Part shown: piece after piece, positions 9,818 through 20,193 of the stretch
How the letters are laid out: each line of letters opens with the position of its first letter
Position numbering within the stretch: position 1 is the first letter of the stretch
NCBI GenBank assembly: GCA_003327435.1
Contig: QOQV01000001.1
Coordinates: forward strand, 399,917 to 463,916
Direction of reading: 5' to 3'
Length of the DNA: 64,000 bases
DNA from: Ignavibacteriota bacterium
Lineage (GTDB): Bacteria > Bacteroidota > Ignavibacteria > UBA10030 > BY39
The notes under the pieces: model-generated
Seen by the model: only the letters and a program-made list of their open reading frames with translations
Databases searched by the model: none
What the model was told of the DNA's origin: nothing
Position numbers and translations under genes: made by a program

Positions 9818-10774
9818 TTAATCCTTCATTAATGTCTCAATATGAATTTTTACAGAATTCTTCAATGCTTCGAGGTCGTATCCGCCTTCAAGGATTGAGA
9901 TTATTCTTCCTTCAGCAAATTTGTTTGCATAATTCACAACATATTCTGTCATTTTGACAAAAGATTCTTCAGTTAAGTTAATATTGGCAAGTGGGTCACT
10001 TTTATGTGCATCAAAACCAGCTGATATTATGAAAAGTTCTGGTTGATAGAGACTAAAGATTGGAATAATATCCTTCTCAAAAGCTTCAATGTATTCATTT
10101 TCACCACTACCAGCTCTCATTGGGCAATTTAATGTAAACCCTTCGCCTTTACCTTTTCCGCGTTCTGACCGAGCACCTGTTCCAGGATAAAATGGGTATT
10201 GATGTAAGCTAATATAAAATACCTGATCATCCTCGTAAAATATTTCTTGAGTTCCATTACCATGATGAACATCCCAGTCCAAAATTAAAATTCGCTTAAG
10301 ATTATATCTTTCCCTGGCATAATCTGCAGTAATTGCTGCATTGTTGAAAAGACAAAAACCCATCGGGGTATTACTCTCAGCATGATGCCCTGGTGGCCGA
10401 ACAGCACAAAAAACCCTTTTCAAAACTCCGCTCATTACAGCATCAACTGCTGAAATACAGCCACCTACTGCAAGCAAGGCAACATCAAACGACTCCATAC
10501 AAACCGGTGTATCTCCTGCATCGAGTAATTCAATAGAGTTATTATATCTGGCTTTTGCACACACTTCCTTAACAAAATTTATATGTGCTCTTGAATGAAT
10601 TTTCTGGATGGTTTCCAATTCAGCTTTATCAAAAACAAGCTGTTGCAACTTTTGCCAGAGTTTAGATTCCTGAAGTCCCTGAATAATAAATTTTAAACGT
10701 TCTGGTCTTTCAGGATGATATAATCCAGTTTGGTGTAAAAGAAATTTATCGTTGTATACAAATCCTACTTTCAT
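9818..10774 (-). CDS. Histone deacetylase-family (arginase/deacetylase fold) protein, AcuC/AphA-like
   Basis: 318 aa. HDAC motifs DWDVHHGNGTQ, SAGFDAH and ILEGGYDLEAL. Start overlaps the stop of the upstream LonC-like gene (ATGA). Confidence 0.85.
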   Translation of the reverse strand: MKVGFVYNDKFLLHQTGLYHPERPERLKFIIQGLQESKLWQKLQQLVFDKAELETIQKIHSRAHINFVKEVCAKARYNNSIELLDAGDTPVCMESFDVALLAVGGCISAVDAVMSGVLKRVFCAVRPPGHHAESNTPMGFCLFNNAAITADYARERYNLKRILILDWDVHHGNGTQEIFYEDDQVFYISLHQYPFYPGTGARSERGKGKGEGFTLNCPMRAGSGENEYIEAFEKDIIPIFSLYQPELFIISAGFDAHKSDPLANINLTEESFVKMTEYVVNYANKFAEGRIISILEGGYDLEALKNSVKIHIETLMKD

Positions 10775-13203
10775 TCTTCTTCAGCTGCTTCAATTTCTTT
10801 CCACTTCTCTGCGTATTCTGCTAATTTTTTATCAACCAAATAATGTATTGTACCTTTTGGATAGCTGCCATCTGGTAATTTTTTACCTGCAGGTTTGCCA
10901 GTTAATATCTCGATCCCTTCATCAATCGTTTTAATGGCATAAATATGAAAACGCCCTTTTTGAACATCTTCAACAACATCATGTCTTAGCATAAGGTCTG
11001 ATAAATTTTTATATGGAATAATTACACCCTGAGTACCTGTAAAACCTTTTTGTTTACAAACATCATAAAATCCCTCAATTTTTTCATTAACCCCACCTAT
11101 TGGCTGTATTTCGCCTTTTTGATTTACAGAACCGGTAACCGCAATATCCTGACGAATTGGTACACCAGACAAACTCGAAAGTATAGCATAAATTTCGGTT
11201 GAAGATGCGCTATCTCCATCAACACCACTATAAGATTGTTCGAATGCAATACTTGCGCTCATGACTAATGGTTTATTTTGAGCATATTTGCTTCTTAAAT
11301 ATCCGCTCAAGATTAGTACACCTTTGTTATGTGTTGGTCCACTCAATTCAGCTTCGCGTTCAATATTAATAACACCAGCTTTCCCCATTGCAGTTGTAAC
11401 CGTAATACGAGAGGGTTTGCCAAAGGAATATTCTCCCATATCATAAACTGATAAACCATTTACCTGTCCAACTACTTTACCTTTATGGTCAATCATCAGG
11501 GTTCCTTCAACAATCATCTCCTGAATTTTTTCTTCAATCATTTTTAATCTATAAGCTCTTTCTTCTATTGCACGCCTCACATGATTAAATTTCACCACAT
11601 TCGCTGCATCATTCTTTGCCCAGAAGTTTGATTCTCTTAAAACATCTGCAATTATATTAAAGCGGGTGGACATTTTATTCTGTCTGCCAGCAAGGCGTAC
11701 ACCAAATTCAACAACCTCTGCGATTGCATACTTATCAAAAGGTAATAGATTTTCTTCTTCACAAATCATTTTAATAAAACTAATATACTTTCTGATTGTT
11801 GTATTATTCCTTGGCATCTCAGTATCAAAATCTGCTCTTATTTTGAATATTTTTTTAAAATCTTCATCAGCTTCATAAAGAATTTCATAAATATATGCAT
11901 CCCCTATCATTATCACTTTCACATCAAGTTCAATAGGTTCAGGTTTTATGGTTGATGAAGTTCCGAACAAACCAGATTCTACAGACTGGATTTCAAGTAA
12001 TTGATTCCTCAATGTTCTTTTTAATGTTTGCCAAACACCAGGTTCCACAATAGTATCAAGAGCATTCAATATTAGATATCCTCCATTAGCTTTTAAAAGC
12101 GAGCCAGCTTTTATCATAGTAAAATCTGAACGCCAGATTCCATTTCTATCCACTTCTCTATCGATAGTTCCAAATACGTTTTTAAATCGAGGATTGGTTT
12201 CTATTATTACAGGGATACCCTCTGTTTTAGAATTATCCACAACAACATTAACTTTAAATTCTATAAAATCATATTCTTCGTACGATTGTTGAAATGGAGA
12301 ACCTTGTTGTGGTTGTTGGGGTAAAAACTTTTCCAAATTAGAAAGTATAAATGCTTCTAGGTCATCGAGAAACTCTTTTAACTTTTCACATTCATATTTC
12401 TGGCAAATTGCTTCAATGTGTTCTTTTAGCAAAGGCATAACCGATTTTATTCCCAACTCTTCTAAAGATTCATTTAATTTTCTTTCAATATTACGCATTT
12501 CCCTGAAAACAGATTCCATCTGCGTTTCAAGTTTCTTCCTTTCCTGAATTAATTGATCAAGTTTCTCCTGTGATAATTCTCCCTGTTTGATTAAAGCTTC
12601 TATCTGTTCAAAATTTACAGGTGCATTGTTAATTACAGGTGCAATATCTGGACGAAGCGATGAACCAACCTGTACCTGAATTACCTCAAATCCCTTTGCT
12701 TTTACCTTATCCTCAAATTGTTTTAAAATTGTCCGCTGCCGGCTCTGGAAATGTTCAATTATTCTTTTACGTTCTTCCTGGTATCTTCGACTTTCAAAGA
12801 TTGCTGGAATATCTTTTAATAACTCTTCCAAAAAATCATTCATATCTTTCTTCAATTGATTTCCCTGTCCCGCCTTTAACTTTACAAGATGTGGTTGATC
12901 TGGATTATCAAAATTATATAGGTAACAAAAATCGTATAGTTGGACTTTCTTGTTTTGAAAATCCTTTAGTAATCTTTTAATAGTTGTAGTCCTGCCGGTT
13001 CCAGAAAATCCAGTAACAAAAACATTGTATCCGAAGTGTTTTATCTCGAGCCCCACTTTCAGGGATCTCAAGGCTCGTTCCTGTCCAATTATATCTTTTG
13101 TAAATTTAACATCATCTGTAGTTTTAATTTTCAATTTGTTTGGATCAAATTTCCATCTAAGTTTTGAACTCTGGACTTCATATTTTTTGAAATTCAACTT
13201 CAT
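10771..13203 (-). CDS. Lon-like protease of the LonB/LonC type (AAA-like module with large insertion plus S16 protease domain)
   Basis: 810 aa. N-terminal P-loop-like VTGFSGTGRTTT, with Arg where the Walker-A Lys is expected. Long coiled-coil insertion. C-terminal Lon S16 domain with Ser-Lys dyad context (SGVDGDSASS...GGVNEKIEGF). Confidence 0.8.
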   Translation of the reverse strand: MKLNFKKYEVQSSKLRWKFDPNKLKIKTTDDVKFTKDIIGQERALRSLKVGLEIKHFGYNVFVTGFSGTGRTTTIKRLLKDFQNKKVQLYDFCYLYNFDNPDQPHLVKLKAGQGNQLKKDMNDFLEELLKDIPAIFESRRYQEERKRIIEHFQSRQRTILKQFEDKVKAKGFEVIQVQVGSSLRPDIAPVINNAPVNFEQIEALIKQGELSQEKLDQLIQERKKLETQMESVFREMRNIERKLNESLEELGIKSVMPLLKEHIEAICQKYECEKLKEFLDDLEAFILSNLEKFLPQQPQQGSPFQQSYEEYDFIEFKVNVVVDNSKTEGIPVIIETNPRFKNVFGTIDREVDRNGIWRSDFTMIKAGSLLKANGGYLILNALDTIVEPGVWQTLKRTLRNQLLEIQSVESGLFGTSSTIKPEPIELDVKVIMIGDAYIYEILYEADEDFKKIFKIRADFDTEMPRNNTTIRKYISFIKMICEEENLLPFDKYAIAEVVEFGVRLAGRQNKMSTRFNIIADVLRESNFWAKNDAANVVKFNHVRRAIEERAYRLKMIEEKIQEMIVEGTLMIDHKGKVVGQVNGLSVYDMGEYSFGKPSRITVTTAMGKAGVINIEREAELSGPTHNKGVLILSGYLRSKYAQNKPLVMSASIAFEQSYSGVDGDSASSTEIYAILSSLSGVPIRQDIAVTGSVNQKGEIQPIGGVNEKIEGFYDVCKQKGFTGTQGVIIPYKNLSDLMLRHDVVEDVQKGRFHIYAIKTIDEGIEILTGKPAGKKLPDGSYPKGTIHYLVDKKLAEYAEKWKEIEAAEEE

Positions 13204-13221
13204 ACAGTTCCTTTGAATTTG

Positions 13222-14439
13222 TTAATATTCTTTTCTATTTGCGTAAATATTTAAGAGTAGACCTGCCATAATTAATGATGAGAATAAGAAAGAACCACCA
13301 TAACTCAAAAACGGTAAAGGTACTCCAATCACCGGCATAATTCCCATCACCATTCCGATATTAATTACAATATGTACCAGAAAGAATGATACAACACCAA
13401 ATGCAACTAAACTTCCATATTTACTTTTTGCAGTACTTGCGATATGAATCGCACGATATAAAAGATAAAAATACATTAATAGTATAAAAAAAGCACCAAT
13501 AAAACCAAATTCTTCAGCTGGAACACAAAAAACAAAATCAGTCCACTGAGCAGGAATAAAGTTCAACTGGGTCTGAGTCCCCTGTAAAAAACCTTTTCCT
13601 ATGATACCACCCGAACCAATAGCAATTTTCGATTGAATAACATTATACCCTGCATTTAAAGGATCCGATTCAGGATTTATAAAAATATCGATCCTTTTCT
13701 GCTGATATGGTGCGAGTTTTCCATAGACATATTGAACTGATATTCCAATAAGTACAGTAATAGAAAATATAATTGCAGATATTAATTTATTTTCCCTTTG
13801 TAAGAATAAAACAATCAGTAACAATAGAACCACAATTAAGAAATATGTTATTCCGAATAATGCAGAGACCGCTGCTAATGTTGGGGCAATAATCCCTAAC
13901 ATCAAAGTATTGGACACCCCTGCCCAATAAAGTATCGAAATTAAGCTTGCTATAAAAATCAAAGCGGTACCGGTATCAGGCTGACGAATAATTAAAACAA
14001 CGGGTAACAGTACAAATGTAAAGGATAAAAGTATATACTTCATTCTGCGTAAATTTACCTTTTTATCTGATAAGAAATAAGCCAGAGCCAGAATTACTGC
14101 AACCTTGGCAAACTCTGATGGCTGTATGCCAACATTTCCAAATCCAAACCAACTTTTGGAGCCAGCCACTGATTTACCAATTAAAAGAACTAAAAATAAC
14201 AATATTATTGATAATATATAAATTGGATAAGAAAGTAGCTGAAGAGTTCTGAATGGAATGAATGTAATAATTATCATAAAAAGAAATCCAAATCCAGCCC
14301 AAACTAATTGACGGTTAAAATAATCAGATGCGCCAGTATCATAAGTAGCTGAATATATTGATAACAAACCAATACCAACAAGTATCACAACCGTAATCAG
14401 TACCCCAGCATTGATTTTTTCTTCAAACCAATTTTTCAT
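13222..14439 (-). CDS. rodA: SEDS-family peptidoglycan polymerase RodA
   Basis: 405 aa, about 10 TM FtsW/RodA/SpoVE family, immediately downstream of PBP2 (mrdA) and mreBCD. Confidence 0.85.
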   Translation of the reverse strand: MKNWFEEKINAGVLITVVILVGIGLLSIYSATYDTGASDYFNRQLVWAGFGFLFMIIITFIPFRTLQLLSYPIYILSIILLFLVLLIGKSVAGSKSWFGFGNVGIQPSEFAKVAVILALAYFLSDKKVNLRRMKYILLSFTFVLLPVVLIIRQPDTGTALIFIASLISILYWAGVSNTLMLGIIAPTLAAVSALFGITYFLIVVLLLLIVLFLQRENKLISAIIFSITVLIGISVQYVYGKLAPYQQKRIDIFINPESDPLNAGYNVIQSKIAIGSGGIIGKGFLQGTQTQLNFIPAQWTDFVFCVPAEEFGFIGAFFILLMYFYLLYRAIHIASTAKSKYGSLVAFGVVSFFLVHIVINIGMVMGIMPVIGVPLPFLSYGGSFLFSSLIMAGLLLNIYANRKEY

Positions 14440-14441
14440 AA

Positions 14442-16253
14442 TTAATCATTTGTATGTTCTAAATCAGTTTTTGTTAGAGTTATCTTTGGTTGTTTATTGC
14501 GAATTATTTCACCGTATAAATACTGCTCAATGCATAAACCTGCTATAGGAGCTGCATAAACCCCGCCAAAGCCAACATTTTCAACCAAGACACAAATCGC
14601 AATTTTGGGATCTTCATATGGAGCAAATCCGATAAACCAGGCATGATCCTTACCATGAGGATTTTGAGCAGTTCCAGTTTTACCTGCAACATTTACACCT
14701 GGGACTCTTGCAGCAGCACCAGTTCCGCCAGGTAAATTAACTGCACGGTAAAGTCCTTCACGAACAAATTTCCACACTTCTGGATGTAATTCTATTTGTT
14801 TATATTGAACATCCAGTTTTTTTATTTCTCCACTTTTCTTAAACTTAATTTTATTTACTACATGTGGTTTGTACAATTTCCCTTGATTGGCAAGTGCCAT
14901 AGCATAGGATGCTAATTGGATTGGTGAAACTCCCAATTCACCCTGACCAATTCCTAAACTCACAGTGTAACCAAGTGTCCATTTCCCTTCTCCATAAACG
15001 CGATTATAATAAGTTTCTGACGGTAATAGTCCAGCATTTTCTTCCATAATATCAATTCCGGTTGGTTTACCGAAGCCAAACATTCCAGCATACTCAGACC
15101 ATTTGTCCAATCCAACCTTAAGCATCATTTGATAAAAGAAAACATTACAGGATCTCTGAATTGCTTCGATAACATTTGTTGAACCGTGTACATGCAAATC
15201 TTTAAATATTTTATTTCCGAATCTAAATGCTCCTGTACAATTTATTCGATAGTTCTGATCTATAAACTTCTCCTGCAATGCTGCTATTGCTAAGATCATC
15301 TTAAATGTCGAACCGGGAGGATAATTTGTCAGTGTGGCTCGATTAAAAAGGGGTTTATTTTTGTCTTCTATTAAACTCTTCCATAATTCAACAGGTGTAA
15401 CCCCAGATAATAAATCTAAATTAAAATCTGGTTTGCTCACCAGGGCAATTATGCCACCATCTCTGGGGTCAATCGCAACAACTGCACCTATAAAATTAGA
15501 AAGTAATGATTCAGCAAGAGCTTGAACTTTTGCATCAATTGTTAATTCTAAATCGTCTCCTTCAAGCGGTGCCTTATCATCTTTCCCATCATTATAACTA
15601 CCAATCATTTTACCTTTGGAATCCACAATTATCAAATTATATCCTTTCTCACCTCTTAAGTATTTCTCATATTGTGCTTCAATACCAGTAGCGCCGATGA
15701 TGTCTCCTCTTCTGTACAAATCCCCAGCTTTGGCTAATTGCTCATCTGATATTTCTCTAAGATAACCGAAAATATGAGATCCTCTAATATTGGGTGGGTA
15801 AGCTCTTTTCGATTCAACGATATAATCAACACCAGGAAGTTCTTCATGATTTTCTTCAATAAACGAAAGCGTTTTGAAATCGACATCCCTTTTTACTTTT
15901 GCCGGAGCAAACTTATTATATTTTGCTTCACGATTAATTTTATTCATTAACTCTTGTTGATCTATAGCAAGAATATCTGAGAGTAATTTGAGTTTTGTTG
16001 TATCAAACTCAGCTGGTACAACTGTAACTGTATATGCCGGACGATTATCTACAATTAAATTACCATTACGATCATACATATAACCTCTAAGGGGAGTCAC
16101 AACAACCTTACGGATACTATTTTCCTCGGACATCCTACCGTACTTTTCTCTGTAAATTATCTGTAACTGGACTAATCGAACAGTAAATAAGAGAAATATC
16201 AGAGAAACAAAAAATAGAATCACCTTTTTTCGGGAAGATGTATATTCAAACAT
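14442..16253 (-). CDS. mrdA: Penicillin-binding protein 2 (elongasome transpeptidase)
   Basis: 603 aa. N-terminal anchor, dimerisation domain, transpeptidase motifs STFK, SCN and KTGT. Located between mreD and rodA. Confidence 0.9.
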   Translation of the reverse strand: MFEYTSSRKKVILFFVSLIFLLFTVRLVQLQIIYREKYGRMSEENSIRKVVVTPLRGYMYDRNGNLIVDNRPAYTVTVVPAEFDTTKLKLLSDILAIDQQELMNKINREAKYNKFAPAKVKRDVDFKTLSFIEENHEELPGVDYIVESKRAYPPNIRGSHIFGYLREISDEQLAKAGDLYRRGDIIGATGIEAQYEKYLRGEKGYNLIIVDSKGKMIGSYNDGKDDKAPLEGDDLELTIDAKVQALAESLLSNFIGAVVAIDPRDGGIIALVSKPDFNLDLLSGVTPVELWKSLIEDKNKPLFNRATLTNYPPGSTFKMILAIAALQEKFIDQNYRINCTGAFRFGNKIFKDLHVHGSTNVIEAIQRSCNVFFYQMMLKVGLDKWSEYAGMFGFGKPTGIDIMEENAGLLPSETYYNRVYGEGKWTLGYTVSLGIGQGELGVSPIQLASYAMALANQGKLYKPHVVNKIKFKKSGEIKKLDVQYKQIELHPEVWKFVREGLYRAVNLPGGTGAAARVPGVNVAGKTGTAQNPHGKDHAWFIGFAPYEDPKIAICVLVENVGFGGVYAAPIAGLCIEQYLYGEIIRNKQPKITLTKTDLEHTND

Positions 16254-16743
16254 TTTTTACCATATTATATTTTCTCGAAAAATAAAGGACAAGAAAGACG
16301 CTGACAACTGAAGTATAAAACGCTGTGGCTATACCAAATTTTAAAACTGTATTCCAGAAATTAAATTCCGTCCCCTGAACAAATACTATGTAGTAAATAA
16401 AATTATGCATCAGTGAAACCAATAAAACGATTAATATAAACCTGTAACTACCTAATGTTAATTGTGTTTTGTTTGGATTAAAAAATGATCCAGCAATAAA
16501 TGCTGCTATTACTTTACTTAGAGAAGATAATCCTAAAACACCTCCTGTAGTTAAATCAAATACAATACCTAAAATGAAGGCATAAATCATTGCATTCATA
16601 CGCCCTTCAACAAGAGAGATGAACACAATAAATATAAGCAAAAAATCCGGTGCGATTCCTTGCAATGTGATAAAATTTGCAAAAGTACTCTGTAATATCA
16701 ACAATAAAATAGCAACAGTAATATATTTTATCTTTCGGTTCAT
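16246..16743 (-). CDS. mreD: Rod shape-determining protein MreD
   Basis: 165 aa polytopic membrane protein in canonical position after mreC; assignment is mainly by synteny. Confidence 0.6.
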   Translation of the reverse strand: MNRKIKYITVAILLLILQSTFANFITLQGIAPDFLLIFIVFISLVEGRMNAMIYAFILGIVFDLTTGGVLGLSSLSKVIAAFIAGSFFNPNKTQLTLGSYRFILIVLLVSLMHNFIYYIVFVQGTEFNFWNTVLKFGIATAFYTSVVSVFLVLYFSRKYNMVKNV

Positions 16744-17576
16744 TATTTTTTGCTTAAAACTTTCTTCTCTAAAGACACTTTTTGCGTATCAATTACAGCA
16801 TTTATTATAAAAACTTCTTCAAGAATTGTAAAATCAACAGCAGGTTTTACATAAATATTTTTAAAAAGATTTAACGGATTTTCTGTAGCTGATACAACTG
16901 TCCCAACTTTTAAGCCTGGTGGAAAAACATTACTATATTCAGAGGTAATTACAACATCACCAATCTCCACATCTTGTTTTTTTGAAATGTTTTTTATAAT
17001 CAAAAATTCACCTCCATCCCATGCGAGTATTCCATCTACACGACTCCGCTGTATCTTGACACTTGTTCTAAAATCACGATTATAAAGTAACTGTCCAACA
17101 GAATAGTCACTACTAACTGCTATAATTTTCCCAACAATACCCTGCGGCGAAACAATGGGCATATTTATATCTATACCATCCTTACTCCCAACATTCAGTG
17201 TCAAAGTGTTTTTTTGCAGGTGAAGAGTTTTTCCTATCACATCAGCAGCAACTAAGGAATATTTTGATTCTTCTTTAAACTTCAGAAGCTGTCTTAACCG
17301 TATATTCTCAAGTTTTGCTTCCTTTAATTTACTGACCTCATCCATAAGTGTTACATTCATTTGATGAAGTATTTCGTTCTCACGTTTCAAATCAATAATA
17401 TTAGGTAAAATCTTTGCAGTATTCTGGGCAAATCCAATCATCCCTATTGTCAGCGTGCGAATTCTCTTAATCTGAATGTTATCGTTAAGAGATAAAAAAA
17501 TTATTGAGAGGATTATGAAAAATATGAGTAGAAAATATTCTTTAAATTCAACTATTATTGTGAAGAATCTCTGCAT
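16743..17576 (-). CDS. mreC: Rod shape-determining protein MreC
   Basis: 277 aa. N-terminal TM, coiled coil, C-terminal beta-rich domain (GDVVITS...GIPVG-like). Position between mreB and mreD. Confidence 0.8.
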   Translation of the reverse strand: MQRFFTIIVEFKEYFLLIFFIILSIIFLSLNDNIQIKRIRTLTIGMIGFAQNTAKILPNIIDLKRENEILHQMNVTLMDEVSKLKEAKLENIRLRQLLKFKEESKYSLVAADVIGKTLHLQKNTLTLNVGSKDGIDINMPIVSPQGIVGKIIAVSSDYSVGQLLYNRDFRTSVKIQRSRVDGILAWDGGEFLIIKNISKKQDVEIGDVVITSEYSNVFPPGLKVGTVVSATENPLNLFKNIYVKPAVDFTILEEVFIINAVIDTQKVSLEKKVLSKK

Positions 17577-17581
17577 TAAAT

Positions 17582-18607
17582 TTAATATCTTCTACTTTTA
17601 ATGAGCACCTTGGAATAATGATTGAGGTTTTCTAAAACTTTTCCAGTACCACGTACAACTGTTGTCAGTGGATCCTCAGCAATATGGACAGGTAGGTTTG
17701 TTTCAAGGCGAACTCGTTCATCAAGTCCTTTAAGTAAAGCACCTCCACCGGATAGCACAATTCCTCTATCAAGAATATCTGCAGCTATTTCAGGAGGTGT
17801 TCTTTCGAGTGTAAGTTTTATTGCATCAACGATTTGTTGAACAGATTCACTTAATGCTTCTCGAATTTCAACTGAAGAACCCTCAGTGGTTTTAGGTATA
17901 CCATTAACAAGATCCCTTCCCTTAACCTGTATTGAGATTTCTTCTTCAAGAGGCATTGCGCTACCAACTTCACACTTAATTGCCTCAGCAGTTCTTTCAC
18001 CAATAAGTATATTATGATTCTTTTTAAAAAATTGGATAATTGCATTATTCATTTCGTCACCTGCGATTCTAATTGATTCTTCGGTGACAATTCCTGAAAG
18101 TGCGATTACAGCGATTTCTGTTGTACCACCACCAATATCCACGATCATATTTCCTACTGGTGCATCCACATCCATTCCGACACCAATTGCTGCTGCCATC
18201 GGTTCAGCAATTAGATGAACTTCCTTTGCCCCTGCGTGTTCAGCTGAATCTCTAACAGCACGTTTTTCTACTTCAGTTACTCCACTAGGAACAGAAATTA
18301 CAATTCTACGACTTGGTAACCAGCTCGAGTGAATTTTTTTAATGAATTCTCTTAACATACCCTCAGCTATTTCGAAATCAGCGATCACGCCATCTTTCAT
18401 CGGTCGAATTGTACGAATATCGCGATGAGTTCGCCCAACCATTTCCCTTGCTTCGTTACCGATAGCAACAATTTTTTTTGTGTTTCTATCAAACGCCACT
18501 ATGGACGGTTCGTTCAGAACCACCCCTTTACCTTTCATATAAATTAATGTATTAGCAGTACCTAAATCTATTGCCAAATCCGCTGAAAAAAAAGAAATTA
18601 AGCCCAT
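17582..18607 (-). CDS. mreB: Rod shape-determining actin homologue MreB
   Basis: 341 aa. Actin-fold phosphate motifs DLGTANT and DIGGGTTE; classic MreB N-terminus. Confidence 0.95.
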   Translation of the reverse strand: MGLISFFSADLAIDLGTANTLIYMKGKGVVLNEPSIVAFDRNTKKIVAIGNEAREMVGRTHRDIRTIRPMKDGVIADFEIAEGMLREFIKKIHSSWLPSRRIVISVPSGVTEVEKRAVRDSAEHAGAKEVHLIAEPMAAAIGVGMDVDAPVGNMIVDIGGGTTEIAVIALSGIVTEESIRIAGDEMNNAIIQFFKKNHNILIGERTAEAIKCEVGSAMPLEEEISIQVKGRDLVNGIPKTTEGSSVEIREALSESVQQIVDAIKLTLERTPPEIAADILDRGIVLSGGGALLKGLDERVRLETNLPVHIAEDPLTTVVRGTGKVLENLNHYSKVLIKSRRY

Positions 18608-18627
18608 TTGTGTTTATTTTTATTTTG

Positions 18628-20193
18628 TTAATGTTTAAAATGTCTAATTCCAGTAAAGACCATTGCCATATTTTTCTCATCCGCTGCTTTTATAACCTCA
18701 GCATCTCTTATTGAGCCACCTGGTTGTATTACAGCAGTTACACCAACCTTTGCCGCTTCTTTGATGCTGTCAGGAAATGGGAAAAATCCATCTGATGCCA
18801 TTGCTGAACCTTTCAAATCTAACTTAGCTTTTTTTGCTTTCAGGATTGCAAACTTTGTTGAATCGACTCTCGACATCTGACCTGCACCAACCCCGATAGT
18901 TCTATCTGGTCTGGAGAAAACAATCGCATTAGACTTTAAATGTTTGACAACTCTCCATCCATAAAGCATCGCGGATATTTCTTCTTCGGTCGGTTGGCGT
19001 TTTGTGACTACTTTCAGATCATTCCGAGAAATATTCTCACGATCAACTTCCTGAACCAATATCCCACCAGCAATTTTCTTTATACTTATTTCCTCATCGA
19101 GCGGTTTAAGTGAACGAATCAATCTTCTGTCTTTCTTCTTTCTTAAAAATTCTAACACTTCTGGTGGAAAATTTGGAGCTATAATTACTTCAGTAAAAAG
19201 TTCGTTGACAGCTTTAGCTGTTTCAAGATCCAGTTCGCGATTAAATGCTATTACACCACCAAATGCTGCTTTAGGATCAGTTGTATACGCTTTTTGATAT
19301 GCGTTAAACAATTTATCGTCTGAACCCACACCACAAGGATTTGTATGCTTGATTATTGCAGCAGTTGGTTCTGTGAACTCAGATATCAGTTCGTATGCAG
19401 CTTCAATGTCAACTATATTATTAAAGGATAATTCTTTTCCATGTAATTTCTCAAAGTAATTATAAAAGTCACCATACAACGCAGCCTGCTGATGAGGATT
19501 TTCTCCATATCTTAACTCACTTACTTTTCGATACAATAATGAAAATGTCTCAGGCATTTTTTTATTTGACTCACCAATTGACGAGAAATACTTAGCAACA
19601 TATGCCTCATATCTGAATGTATACTGAAAAACTTCTTTAGCAAATTCAAGTCGTGTATTATAAGAAACACAACCCTTATTCTTTTTCAATTCTTCAATTA
19701 AAATATTATAGCGAGATGGATTACATATTACTACTTTATTTTCGAAATTTTTCGCCGCAGCACGCAATAATGCCTGTCCACCTATATCAATCAACTCTAT
19801 TGCTTCTTCTAATGGCAATGATTGTTTTAATGATTGCTTATCAAACGGATAGAGATTTACAACCACAAGATCTATTGTTGGAATTTCTAGTTTTTCTACT
19901 TCTTTAATATGCTCAATATTGTTTAAATTTGCCAAGATTGCTCCAAAAATTCTGGGATTCAGGGTTTTTACCCTACCACCTAAAATTTCTGGAAAACCTG
20001 TAAAATCCTCAATTGTCTTGACACTTATTCCACTCTTCAGCAATTCATTATAAGTACCACCTGTTGAGATTATCTCAATATCCCACTGTAGTAAGCCCTT
20101 TACAAAATCAATCAGGCCGGACTTATCTGCTACGCTTATCAAAGCTCTTTTGATTTTGAGTGTGGTGATTTTCGTTGTTTGATTAATATTCAT
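18628..20193 (-). CDS. purH: Bifunctional AICAR formyltransferase/IMP cyclohydrolase
   Basis: 521 aa. MGS-like N-domain (ALISVADKSGL) and AICARFT domain; overlaps purN. Confidence 0.95.
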   Translation of the reverse strand: MNINQTTKITTLKIKRALISVADKSGLIDFVKGLLQWDIEIISTGGTYNELLKSGISVKTIEDFTGFPEILGGRVKTLNPRIFGAILANLNNIEHIKEVEKLEIPTIDLVVVNLYPFDKQSLKQSLPLEEAIELIDIGGQALLRAAAKNFENKVVICNPSRYNILIEELKKNKGCVSYNTRLEFAKEVFQYTFRYEAYVAKYFSSIGESNKKMPETFSLLYRKVSELRYGENPHQQAALYGDFYNYFEKLHGKELSFNNIVDIEAAYELISEFTEPTAAIIKHTNPCGVGSDDKLFNAYQKAYTTDPKAAFGGVIAFNRELDLETAKAVNELFTEVIIAPNFPPEVLEFLRKKKDRRLIRSLKPLDEEISIKKIAGGILVQEVDRENISRNDLKVVTKRQPTEEEISAMLYGWRVVKHLKSNAIVFSRPDRTIGVGAGQMSRVDSTKFAILKAKKAKLDLKGSAMASDGFFPFPDSIKEAAKVGVTAVIQPGGSIRDAEVIKAADEKNMAMVFTGIRHFKH

